Shown in pieces: positions 1 through 14,175 of a stretch of 41,432 nucleotides of DNA. Location of the stretch: positions 1 to 41,432 of the forward strand of contig NIVC01004577.1 of NCBI GenBank assembly GCA_002269645.1. The letters are read 5' to 3'. This stretch comes from Macrostomum lignano (taxonomy: Eukaryota). The position numbers and the translations under genes are program-made. Under the pieces are notes generated by a model that was given only the letters and a program-made list of their open reading frames with translations, was not told the origin of the DNA and made no database searches. How positions within the stretch are numbered: position 1 is the stretch's first letter; the number at the start of each line of letters is the position of its first letter.

Positions 1-189
1 GATCACGAAGTCAACCATTTAGAACTGAAAACTGCATACAAGCGTTTTGACGATATGTATCGAAAGTAATTTCAACAGATCATCGAAGTTAATCATTTTG
101 ACTGACAAACTTGCATATGGACGATATAAATCGAAATTAAGTTTTCAAGTCAGATATTAGCGATAGTTCAATTTAGCATCCAAACTTAC

Positions 190-628
190 CTGGCAATTTT
201 CAGCGCCACTTCGCACTGCAGCTGCGGCTTGTCGGCGCCGCCGTACAGCAGGAAGGCAGTCCTGTAGGCCTCCTGGGCGGCCTCGGCGTTGCCAAGGCGA
301 TCGTGCGCCACGGCCAGGTTAAAGTGCACGTCGGCCACATAGGGCACGGGCGGCTCGTCCCGCTCGGAGGGCAGCACCAGTTGCAGATAGTTCACCGCTT
401 TGTCGTAGTCGCCGCGAGCCACAAGGCAGGCGCCTAAATTGAAGGCGCATGCGCGGATCAGTTTGGCGTCGGCGAGGCGCAGGGCCAGTCGGTAGGCGCG
501 CTGGTAGCTGTCCAGCGCCTCGAGGATTGCTTGGCGCGCAGGCGCTGGCCTCCCAGCCGCAGGTGGCTATCAATCTCTCTCACCCATTGCTGTTGATTCA
601 GTCTGGACAGCTGCTGCTGGCGATTCAT
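190..628 (-). CDS. First coding exon of a TPR-repeat protein (TTC24-like); needs a +1 correction near 524; gene continues left of the exon
   Basis: ATG at 628 gives MNRQQQLSRLNQQQWVREIDSHLRLGGQRLRAKQS. After a 1-nt shift it reads LEALDSYQRAYRLALRLADAKLIRACAFNLGACLVARGDYDKAVNYL...VADVHFNLAVAHDRLGNAEAAQEAYRTAF. The RACAFNLGA and FNLAVA helices resemble TTC24-type TPRs (from memory). Donor AG|GTAAGT at 190/189, phase 2. Confidence 0.7.
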
Positions 629-1255
629 CCAGTCGCCATGAAGAAAAAATTTGTTATTATTTAATTTTATCACAAATTAGTTATGATTATGTATGTATAA
701 GGATACAAAATTTGAATAAAAATAGTTGTCTTAAACAAAAACTTCAATTCTAAACTAGCAAAGCAGCAATACAATAATGCTTTATTAACTAAAATTATTA
801 ACTTAAAAATCTATTAACTAGCACATAAAAGCAAAAAATATATAAAGGCAAAGTTACACATGAAGATCCCAACTTAACATAGACATATATTTAAAATATA
901 TTATACATTTTTTTAATTCTAATAATTTTCTAGAAATAAACAAGAAATTTTCTGAAAATTCAGACTAGACCATTTGGATGTAGGCTAAGATCATTCCAGT
1001 CCAACCAGGCTGTAGCCTACTGGTATATCTGGCCTTTAACCTATTATTTAGTATTTTGCTAAAAAATAATATAGAAATTTCAAGCTTTATTGTCTGTCTA
1101 CCTAAGAAAACCAGTGATTTGCAAAATTAAATATTTAATTTTGAAACAAAAAGTTGTTCTTATATTTCTCTAGCAGTAAAAATACTAAAAGCCAAATAAA
1201 ATGCAAAAAATTAACAGATATCATGCCCGCGAAAAAAGTAGTAATTGGGAACTGG

Positions 1256-1306
1256 TGAATTGAATTGAACTGAACTGAACTGAACTTCATTGAACTGAAT
1301 TGAATT
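1256..1306. repeat. Pentanucleotide microsatellite (GAACT/GAATT)n
   Basis: tgaattgaattgaactgaactgaactgaac... read directly. Confidence 0.8.
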
Positions 1307-2965
1307 TTCGATGTTTCAAAAAACTTGAAGAAAAGTGCTGATAATTACTCTCAAACGATTGTCGGCGTTTAGGCTACAGTTCGTTTTGCATAAGTGGCCG
1401 CTCTTGGCTCGAATGGATCGAGCTCGCGATCATCATGAAAAGCCTCATTGAATAGGCGGGATGATATATTTGGTTGACAACAATCTTTTGTATATTAAGA
1501 GCAAAAATTTGCTTTTCTGTAAATTTATTATGTAAAACTAATACATATCTGGCGAAAGCATATGTATATCAGCGTTTTCCATTAAACTTAGGAGAAAACT
1601 TGTTTTAATAGTTAACAGTTTATTGTAATTTAAATTATAAATAGAACGCAAAACGAAACTCACCTTTGTGGCAAAGTCTAAAAATGTATTTTGCTTACTT
1701 CTGGATTTGCTTCATATAAAGCTTGCTCCTCGTGAAGCTTTTTGGATTAAAATAGTATCATGCAAAGGCTCAGTCGAAATTGTGTGACGCGATAGACCCA
1801 ATTTTTCAGCCTGCAAACAACTAGTTTTCTTGTCCACCTCGACATCATCACACAGTTGCGCCCAAAAATGGACGAAATAGCGTTGTGTTGAGCGATACAT
1901 ATACATGTAAAACAATGTTTTACTCGCCTATATTCACAAGTCGGTGTCCAGCTTGCCAAAACTATGTATGTTCAAATGTTCAATGTTCACATGTGCACAT
2001 GTGTGCAGTACACAGTACCCAAATACACAGTAGCCTACATGTATAGTATGAAACCAAGCTCCCTTTCTCCAAAAATGCTTTTTCTGGACATATTTTCTGA
2101 TATAAAGTAAACATATAGATTTGAAGATATAGAAATGTATACTTTTACGCTCGCGCGTACTGTATTATAAATTTGGAATTGAAGGTACATGTATTATATG
2201 TATGTACCTGTACCTACAGCTCGTATAATTTGCAAAGTGAACGCGTCTCCGTCTTCGAGTTGAACGGCAGTGGGCTTTTGGACTCCACTTGTTCAGTGGA
2301 GTCCATGCACAGTTCTTCCTTCACTTGTTCCAATTTTCGGATTTCATGTACGAGCTAAACATGTATGATATTTCGGTTTATGATGGCCCCTTCTATTATT
2401 TTGGCTATGAATAAATCGAGCTCTTGGGCTTCTAAGTAAAAAAATGTTTAGGGTAAACAAACATACACCCAACGGTTTAAATTGAAAGAGGACAAAAAAG
2501 TGTCTGCACAAAAAAAGTGTCAGCGGGAAGAGGGAGAGCTGGAAAAGGAATATTGACGATTAGAGAGCAGCACATTGCACGAAGAGAACTGAAGAAACGC
2601 TGCAAAAAACACTTTTCACTACAGCTGAGGCGGACTTGGCCAACGCAGCCTAGCTCAGATCAGCTTAACGCTTAAGAGAATACCAACACCCGTCCCCCAT
2701 TGCCACGACTGTATAGTCTTTATCTCTTTTCTATCCCTCTCGCTCCCGTCCTCTCTCGCTTTCTCACATGTTTCTCTCTGTCAGTTTGTTTCTCAAAGTC
2801 TCCATGGAAACATTAGCCAGGCCCCAAGACAATAGACTTTCCTACTAAAGCAGAGTTTGACTGCATCGGCTCTGCGCCACTTCCCCAGTTTGTTGAGATT
2901 CTCAAGCTCACAGCCTCTCACTCGGTGCTGCCTTCTCATTCCTACTTACTGGACGGCCTTCCAAA

Positions 2966-4115
2966 ATGTCCTTATCGAGCATTGCCGTCATCGTGGCCAT
3001 CTGGAGCTCTCGAGCTGCCGGTGAGACCTTCGTCTTCGACAAGAGGCCGGACCTGTGCTTCGCGGAGGCGGCCCCGGCTGCTGGCGACCAGCGCAAAGTG
3101 CTCGGAGTTGTTGACTCTCGAGTGTGCGCGGTTGAGTGCGCGGTCAACACCAGCGTGTGTTCCGTGTACCAATACCTGCCTGGCAACAAATCCTGCGTCC
3201 TTGGCAACAGCTGCGACCTGCTGCTGAAGTGGCAGAGTACTGGCGGGCCGGCGTGCGACACGCAGACGCTTCGAGATCGGGCAGCGTGCGGGACCACGAG
3301 CGACACTGCAGCCACAACTGCAGCCTCGACTGGAGCAGTTGCTACTACAACTACAACACCCACTACAACACCCACTACAACACCAACTACAACTACAACT
3401 ACAACACCAACTACAACACCAACTACAACACCAACTACAACACCCACTACAACTACAACACCCACTACAACTACAACTACAACTACAACACCAACTACAA
3501 CACCAACTACAACTACAATGCCAACTACAACTACAACACCGACTACAACTACAACACCCACTACAACTACAACTACAACTACAACACCAACTACAACACC
3601 AACTACTACTACAATGCCAACTACAACTACAACACCGACTACAACTACAACACCAACTACAACTACAACACCAACTACAACACCAACTACAACTACAACA
3701 CCAACTACAACTACAACACCAACTACAACACCAACTACAACTATAACACCAACTACAACTATAACACCAACTACAACTACAGCTCCAGCTACAACACCAA
3801 CTACAACACCAACTACAACTATAACACCAACTACAACTACAGCTCCAGCTACAACACCAACTACAACACCAACTACAACTATAACACCAACTACAACTAC
3901 AGCACCAGCTACAACACCAACTACAACTACAACACCAACTACAACACCAACTACAACACCAACTACAACTACAACACCAACTACAACTACATCACCAACT
4001 ACAACTACAACACCAACACCAACTACAACACCAACTACAACACCAACTACAACTACAACACCAACTACAACTACAGCACCAGCTACAACACTCAGTGCGC
4101 CATCTGCATTCAATG
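2966..4115 (+). CDS. Exon 1 of a secreted protein: signal peptide, PAN/Apple-like Cys domain, Thr/Pro-rich mucin stalk
   Basis: MSLSSIAVIVAIWSSRAAG is signal-like. CAVECAVNTSVCSVYQYLPGNKSCVLG fits the PAN C-x3-C-x5/6-C-x2-[FY]-x-Y-x6-C-x-L pattern. About 250 aa of TTTTP/ATTP follow. Strong donor AATG|GTAAGT at 4115/4116 (phase 1). Confidence 0.8.
3345..4090 (+). repeat. Coding low-complexity repeat (ACTACA/ACACCA units) encoding the poly-Thr-Pro mucin stalk
   Basis: In frame between the PAN domain and the splice donor. Confidence 0.9.
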
Positions 4116-4719
4116 GTAAGTGCGCATGAGAATTAAAAAACCAAATGCCGGGTTCTGGATGCTATTATAGATAACAGTGTAACAGTTTATAGCGATATAT
4201 AAAGTCGAACCACTGTAGTATAACAAGACGTAGAACTCATCTTTTGGAGGCCAATTTACTAAAAGAACACTGCGAAAAAATTATTTCTTCATCACAAAAG
4301 CAATGCTGGCATTTGATCTGGGGCAGTAAAAATTACTTATTCGTATAATATCAAACATGCACAACATATGTTACTCTGTTGTATTTTATACAGTTGTGTA
4401 GTGAAAGTTTCATATTGTTTTCTTTTTATTTGAGAAGCCCAAGGTTGTAAACACTCATAAGTGGCACTATATCTGAAATTTTTGTTTTGCTCCTTCTCAA
4501 ATCAAATATATTTGTAATAAAATGTGGCAAGCAGGTACTCTAGGTACTCTAAGCCAATATTGTAGGTATAATGATCCATTTCAATGCATATTAGTTCCTA
4601 GATACATTACATACATGCATACACAGTTTGTGCATACAACTTTGGGCTTATTAAATGAAAAAAAGACAATATAAAAATGAAACTTTCTCTACACAGGTAT
4701 ATCATACAATAGAGTAACC

Positions 4720-5327
4720 AAGGACTACTAAAGTAACATATATATAGGACGCAACACTCGAAATCTATGGTAAATGTTTTAAAGGCAACTTTTCGCCGAA
4801 AAATACACTACAGAGATAGGAAATTTCACGATTTTCAACACTAAAACAGTGATTGGGTCTCTTAACAGTGTCAGAGAATGTTCTAATCACACAATTTTGT
4901 GCTTCACATGCTGCTCTAACGACGCATTAATCGATCCATTATTTTAAACGTTTTTTTCAAGTGACAGACCAATTAAACATGAAAAACAATTAATGCGTGG
5001 TTAGAGCAGCATGTGAGGCACAAAATTGTGTGATTAGAACTTTCTCTGACACTGTTAAGAGACCCAATCACTGTTTTAGTGTTGAAAATCGTGAAATTTC
5101 CTACCTCCGTAGTGTATTTTTCCGGTGAAACCTGCCTTTACATCTATTTCTGAACGAAAAGCTTTATGAATATCGATAGAGCAATAAGAAAGGCACAACA
5201 TATCAAAAGATGAACACTGGATCTGCCTATCTCTCCTATCTCTGTAGTGTATTTTTCGGCGAGAAGTTGCCTTCAAAACATTTACCATAGATTTCGAGTG
5301 TAGCGTCCTTCTACTTAAGTTGTCCTT
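4720..5327. mobile_element. Foldback/MITE-like element with long inverted arms, in the intron
   Basis: 4746-4931 (aggacgcaacactcgaaatctatggtaaatg...gctctaacgacgcattaat) is the near-perfect reverse complement of 4990-~5140 plus ~5232-5309. The outer aaggactactaaagta / tacttaagttgtcctt also pair. Confidence 0.75.
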
Positions 5328-6519
5328 GAGAGTAACATGCTGTGCATGCTAAATTAAAAGAATGGTAATCATCACTGCCCCAGAGCTGGCATCGATGCAA
5401 CGAAATTCAATTTATTATTTGATGAAAAAAATGTTTTCTTTCATCCATCTTCTAACCCGAGTAAATTAGCCGGTCTCTGACTGTTTTTACCATGGCTGCC
5501 TTCTGGCGGCATTTCTCGGGTTGTGGGCAATCCAATTGACCTACCCTTAAGGTAGCTCAATCCTAAAGTGTCCTCACGGGAGGTAGATGTGCATTCCAAA
5601 AATCTAAATATACTAAATCTCTAATATTTGTTTGTTTGTCCATAACGCTCTAGAGAGAGCAATTCTTGTAACAATTCTCTAAGTTTCTGCCCTGCCTTGG
5701 TTTAGGGGGGTTGTACCTGGAGTGATTGTGACTCTGGACTGCAGTGTGGCTGAGCCTCCGGGTCGTAGTACCCACCCTGCAGGAAAGACGATCATTCACA
5801 AAAGTGTACGGTAGAGCCCAGTTGATGCCAGCCCTGAGGCTGAGCCCCTAGTGATCCTCCTCCATTATTGATTTTATCCCTGTCTTTGTGCTTTGTGTTT
5901 TATCCCTTGCTTTTAGCTTTTGATCCATGGACAACTAGAGTAGTCTACTCTAGTTGTTCATGTTTTGGTCATGATCGAGCCAACCCAAAATTTAGGAGCT
6001 AAGATCTCGCCTCTGTGAATTCCATCGGCTCCCTCGGCCCATCTGCTGTCTCCTCTGGCTGTCTCCCTGCTTATTGTGTCTCGGCTATCATCACTGACAG
6101 TGGATTGGTGTCCTGGAGAATGAGTTCGTCCCGAATCGGAGAATACTGGCTGAGTGCCCTTTTGCTCTGTGCTGCTCCTCTCCAACCCCTTGGCTTGGGC
6201 TTATTAGAGCTGGGTACTGAAAAAGCCTTGTGGCTTGCAGCCCTATTGGAGGTTTTATCCTAAAGGCCTACCTGACAGGAGACTCGCTCCTGATAAATAA
6301 GCTGCCCACACTCTTTGCCCACAAGCTAGTAGCAGCTCAGCTAGGGCAAGTCCCCGGCCTCCAATACTGGCGTCTCGGGCTTATGCCCCTAGTAGTGTCG
6401 CCCTACAAAATCGCTGCGGCAGAGCCCTTCCCTGGACTGATCCGCGCTAGGCTAAGCTTGGCACTTCGTTTAACAACAACAACAAAATTAACCTTCAAAA
6501 TAATTACACGTTCTCAGAG

Positions 6520-7370
6520 TTTTACACCAGCTGTTGTACGACAATGGTCCTTGCAATAAAAACTCAAATTCCATCGAACTCCCTCCAGCTCCTCCGTCGG
6601 ACTCGAGCAACCAAACTGGATCGGTGCAGACTTTCACTCCGCCGACCGACGGCTGCTATCGAATCTCGGCTTGGGGCGCCAGAGGCGGCAAGTCATCCGC
6701 TAACGCGAACGGCGGCAGAGGCGCATTCAAGAGCGCCAATTTCATGCTGACCACGTCGCAAACTCTCACGCTTGTTGTTGGCAAGCCGGGAAACAGAGGC
6801 AGCAGCGGCGGAGGAGGCGGAGGAGGCGGCAGCTTTGTGTACACAACCGGCCCCAGCACGCTGCTACTGGTGGCCGGTGGCGGAGGAGGCGGCGGCGCCG
6901 CATCTTCTTCGACGATCGGTAAGGACGGAACAAGCAGCACCGGAGGCTCTTGCGACACATCCGACGGACAAGGCGGTGACGGTGAAAGCTTTAGAAACTC
7001 TGGCGCGGGCGGAGCTGGTTGGAGCTCAGATGGAACAGCCCTGGCCACTGACAAAAACGGAGGCCACGGTGGAAGAAGCATCAGCGGCAACTGGGCCGGA
7101 GGCAACGGAGGGCCGGGCAGCAACGGCTTCGGCGGCTACGGTGGAGGCGGCGGAGGCGGCAACAACAATGATGAAGATGGAGGCGGCGGCGGAGGAGGCG
7201 GCTACTCTGGCGGCTGCGGAGGACCCGGCGACAGCAGTAACGGCTACGGAGGCGGCGGTGGCAGCTACGCGAGCTCATCCGGCAAGCAGGCCACGGGAAC
7301 GACAGGCGGCAACGGTGAAGTCTTCGGCAAGGTGAGCATCGCTCAGGTGGACGGCTCTCTGTGCAGTTAA
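6520..7370 (+). CDS. Terminal exon encoding an ALK/LTK-type glycine-rich domain (GRD, Gly_rich-type); probably exon 2 of the PAN-mucin gene
   Basis: TGSVQTFTPPTDGCYRISAWGARGG...GGRGAFKSANFMLTTSQTLTLVVGKPG...GGGGGGGSFVY...LLLVAGGGGGG...GGYGGGGG...GGGGGGYSGG...GGGGSY matches ALK/LTK GRD motifs. There is no ATG at the 5' end and an in-frame stop at 6501, so it must be spliced. Acceptors at 6517/6519; TAA at 7368-7370. Confidence 0.8.
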
Positions 7371-7513
7371 CATGAGCAAAATATTTCAAAGAATATTCAT
7401 ACGTATGCTGTATAAATTACATTATTGAGTGTAACGATAGCTACCTTAAGCATAGCTAGGACATAATGTTAATAAGACTCTTGGTTTTTTATTTGCAGTG
7501 ATCGTAAGTTTGA

Positions 7514-7519
7514 AATAAA
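7514..7519 (+). promoter_or_regulatory. Candidate polyadenylation signal AATAAA
   Basis: About 145 nt downstream of the GRD stop codon, in an AT-rich 3' UTR-like region. Confidence 0.45.
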
Positions 7520-8051
7520 TATTTTTGTAGCTATGCAATATATTTAAATTTTTTACTGTTCAAATTATTTTTAACAAAATTTAGAAAACATAACTCCTCT
7601 GGATGCTTGCAAGTAATAGGTTTTCTTCTAATGTTTCAAATTTTAAATGATAATTTCTGAACAAATATACTAAGAACTCCTCATCCCTTTAAACAAATAG
7701 AATTTCTGTGAAAGCCAATTCCCACACCTTAGCATTGTTTGAGTCTTTTTGAGATTGAGTTAAAACATAAACACTCTAGTCAAGAGTAATCAAAGAAAGG
7801 GAATGAGTTACGACTAAATCATGGCCGTCAGCTGTCAATATTTTACATTTCTCTGTCCACGACCTCCTTCTTACGCAGGTCCTTCCTCACCTCAATCCAT
7901 AAACCCGCTCCTTGCCATTGGCCATATGAATTCCCGACAAATCTGTTTTGGATTGATGAAAGCACAGATATTATGCGCTCGTAAAAACGAGTTATGAAAA
8001 TCGATGTGTTGTGGAAGTCTGGAGACTGAAATTTGGTGATAGTGGAGTCTC

Positions 8052-9567
8052 GGGATTGTTCAAGTTTGCAGATTGTGAAGTTTGAGAATTGGGAAGTTTG
8101 AGGATTGTGAAGCTTGAGGATTGTGAAGCTTGGGGATTGTGAAGCTTGGGGATTGTGAAGCTTGGGGATTGTGAAGCTGGGGGATTGTGAAGCTTGAGGA
8201 TTGGGAAGCTTGGGGATTGTGAAGCTTGAGAATTGTGAAGCTTGAGGATTGGGAAGCTTGAGAATTGTGAAGCTTGGGGATTGTGAAGCTTGAGAATTGT
8301 GAAGCTTGAGGATTGGGAAGCTTGGGGATTGTGAAGCTTGGGGATTGTGAAGCTTGGGGATTGTGAAGCTTGAGGATTGTGAAGCTTGAGGATTGTGAAG
8401 CTTGGGGATTGTGAAGCTTGAGAATTGTGAAGCTTGAGGATTGTGAAGCTTGAGAATTGTGAAGCTTGAGGATTGTGAAGCTTGAGAATTGTGAAGCTTG
8501 AGGATTGGGAAGCTTGGGGATTGTGAAGCTTGAGGATTGTGAAGCTTGGGGATTGTGAAGCTTGAGGATTGTGAAGCTTGAGGATTGTGAAGCTTGGGGA
8601 TTGTAAAGCTTGGGGATTGTGAAGCTTGGGGATTGTGAAGCTTGAGGATTGTGAAGCTTGAGGATTGTGAAGCTTGGGGATTGTGAAGCTTGAAGATTGT
8701 GAAGCTTGGGATTGTGAAGCTTGAGGATTGTGAAGCTTGAGGATTGTGAAGCTTGGGGATTGTGAAGCTTGGGGATTGTGAAGCTTGGGGATTGTGAAGC
8801 TTGGGGATTGTGAAGCTTGGGGATTGTGAAGCTTGGGGATTGTGAAGCTTGAGAATTGTGAAGCTTGAGGATTGGGAAGCTTGAGGATTGTGAAGCTTGG
8901 GGATTGTGAAGCTTGGGGATCGTGAAGCTTGAGGATTGTGAAGCTTGAGGATTGTGAAGCTTGGGGATTGTGAAGCTTGGGGATTGTGAAGCTTGAGGAT
9001 TGTGAAGCTTGAGGATTGGGAAGCTTGGAGATTGTGAAGCTTGGGGATTGCGAAGCTTGAGGATTGTGAAGCTTGAGGATTGTGAAGCTTGAGGATTGTG
9101 AAGCTTGAGGATTGTGAAGCTTGGGGATTGGGAAGTTTGAGGATTGTGAAGCTTGAGGATTGTGAAGCTTGAGGATTGTGAAGCTTGGGGATTGTGAAGC
9201 TTGAAGATTGTGAAGCTTGAGGATTGTGAAGCTTGAGGATTGTGAAGCTTGGGGATTGTGAAGTTCGGGGATTGTGAAGCTTGAGGGTTGTGAAGCTTGA
9301 GGATTGTGAAGCTTGGAGATTGTGAAGCTTGAGGATTGTGAAGCTTGGAGATTGTGAAGCTTGAGGATTGTGAAGCTTGAGGATTGTGAAACTTAGGGTT
9401 TGTGAAGCTTGAGGATTGGGAAGCTTGAGGATTGTGAAGCTTGAGAATTGAAAAGTTTGGGGATTGTGAAGCTTGAGGATTTTGAAACTTAGGGTTTGTG
9501 AAGCTTGAGGATTGGGAAGCTTGAGGATTGTGAAGCTTGAGAATTGAAAAGTTTGGGGATTGTGAAG
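8052..9567. repeat. 16-bp minisatellite (TTGTGAAGCTTG[A/G]GGA)n, block 1
   Basis: Roughly 90 copies, HindIII site in most units, degenerate edges. The long ORFs here are artefacts of a 48-nt/16-aa period. Confidence 0.95.
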
Positions 9568-10060
9568 ATGCATGCGCCATCGCTTCGTTGCCGCAGCTAA
9601 GTTTAGCTCTCTGAACTTCTTTCAATCCGGCATCCAAACCAGATCCTCATGCGCACTGTCAACTCAAGCAGTGCCTCTAGCGTGTTTGTCTCTCAGACTC
9701 AAGTAGATAACTAGCAGAAACACTCAACTTTCTCTTTTGTAAGTTCTCTTCATTCCACTTCAAGGCTGTTCTGTTTAGTTGGTCCTTGCATAATATTTTT
9801 TTTCACGTCTCCAGCACTGCATGGACGTCTTCCCTGCCCTGCGCATCTGCACTTCATGAAACAGCTTAAGATGCATCCGCTGACGTATGGCCCCAACACG
9901 TGATGATGGACTTGCTCCCCATGACCTTGCCGCAGCCTCCTCAAGGCCACTTTTCTCTCTCCCGTCTCCCCGGCTCTTTGCATGCTGGATCCAGTTCTTT
10001 CTGCACTTGATCTTCTGTCTTTTGTCTTTTGTCAACCCCCCCCCCCTCGGTAATTTGCTC

Positions 10061-10116
10061 CATTGTTGTTTTACACCCTATTTGAGGCGCCCTTGGCAGT
10101 TGCTCCAAGGATTCTT
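10061..10116 (+). repeat. 56-bp direct repeat, copy 1 (copy 2 at 10730-10785)
   Basis: cattgttgttttacaccctattt[g/a]aggcgcccttggcagttgctccaaggattctt; one mismatch between copies. Confidence 0.9.
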
Positions 10117-10722
10117 GAGGATTGTGAAGCTTGAGGATTGGGAAGCTTGAGGATTGTGAAGCTTGGGGATTGTGAAGCTTGGGGATTGTGAAGCCTGGGG
10201 ATTGTGAAGCTTGAGGATTGTGAAGCTTGAGGATTGTGAAGCTTGGGGATTGTGAAGCTTGGGGATTGTGAAGCTTGGGGATTGTGAAGCTTGGGGATTG
10301 TGAAGCTTGGGGATTGTGAAGCTTGGGGATTGTGAAGCTTGAGGATTGGGAAGCTTGAGGATTGTGAAGCTTGGGGATTGTGAAGCTTGGGGATTGTGAA
10401 GCTTGGGGATTGTGAAGCTTGGGGATTGTGAAGCTTGAGGATTGGGAAGCTTGAGGATTGTGAAGCTTGGGGATTGTGAAGCTTGGGGATTGTGAAGCTT
10501 GAGGATTGTGAAGCTTGAAGATTGTGAAGCTTGAGGATTGTGAAGCTTGAGGATTGGGAAGCTTGAGGATTGTGAAGCTTGAGGATTGTGAAGCTTGAAG
10601 ATTGTGAAGCTTGGGGATTGTGAAGCTTGAAGATTGTGAAGCTTGAGGATTGTGAAGCTTGAGGATTGTGAAGCTTGAGGATTGTGACGTTTTTGGATTG
10701 TGAAGCTTGGCGATTGTGAAGT
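10117..10722. repeat. 16-bp minisatellite, block 2
   Basis: Same unit as 8052-9567; bracketed by the 56-bp duplication. Confidence 0.95.
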
Positions 10723-11629
10723 TGTTTTACATTGTTGTTTTACACCCTATTTAAGGCGCCCTTGGCAGTTGCTCCAAGGATTCTTCCAACAAGAGCTACA
10801 CGTACATCCAGTACAAGCCCAGGGCTGGCAATTTTGCCCATAGTCTTAAGCAATTTTCTCAATACGGGCGTACTGGGACAATACTTTCTAGGAGAATTGG
10901 AGCGATTCTTATGTATGATCGGTGTGATTTTGAAGGCGAATGAGGGTGATTCTCTTTCAGACTTGTAAGTTTTCAATGTATAGGTTGATACAATGTATAT
11001 AAAAGTGACTCTGAATTTCTCTCTCTAGTTTCACTGACCAAGCCTCGATAGGACATGGTTGAAACTGTTACCTGCTATCGATGCCACTTTTGTCTATACT
11101 TTTGCATACATTTTCAAAAAAGCCTATAATATTAAAACGACATCAAAAAAACAATATTGAATACCTATAGACTCCAAGTTATTTTTTGGAAATTTTTTGT
11201 CTAAGTTCGTCTTTTGACTCTAGAAAACAGGTTAAATGTCCGCTCCACAGTGACAATGAACAGCTTGTACCGAAGCATCATTTAAAGTAAGTGCTATATC
11301 AAAATGAAGAGTCACTTTTACATTTTGTGCCATAAATGTCGCATATCAAAATTCACCAGACAAAACTAGTAGTTTTCGACGCATGAAACTACGCTCGTAA
11401 TTTCAAAGATTTCTGCATCGCGTAAACAATACATTGAAAATCTTACATAAATGAGGACTAAATTATGTGCATCCCTGTGAAAAAACTAAACTTTGGCGAG
11501 TTTCTGGAGCCGGGCCGCATAAAATTGAATAATCAGCCTCCAAAAAAAATTGCACGTTTTGTGCGTGTCGCCGTCTTTTACGAGTACTTATAAGTACATG
11601 TAGCCCGTGATACCATTTTTAGCGAACTG

Positions 11630-14175
<2,546 letters not shown>

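Noticed and set aside
2908-4119. Long alternative-frame ORFs (poly-V/G on minus; YN- and LQ-repeat on plus)
   Set aside because: Shadows of the Thr-rich mucin repeat; only the Thr frame has a signal peptide, a PAN domain and a splice donor.
6250-6486. GC-rich segment ending in (AAC)n, possibly a LINE 3' end
   Set aside because: No recognisable ORF2 motif or TSD; cannot be supported beyond the tail.
6656-7389. Pro-rich and Ala/Glu-rich ORFs overlapping the GRD exon
   Set aside because: Antisense or alternative-frame shadows of poly-Gly codons.
7843-9637. 576-aa and 525-aa minus-strand ORFs
   Set aside because: Stop-free translations of a 16-bp satellite; open in several frames, with no codon-position bias.
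10950-10970. ttctctttcag|ACTT|gtaagt, an apparent 4-nt micro-exon
   Set aside because: No flanking gene context; likely chance.
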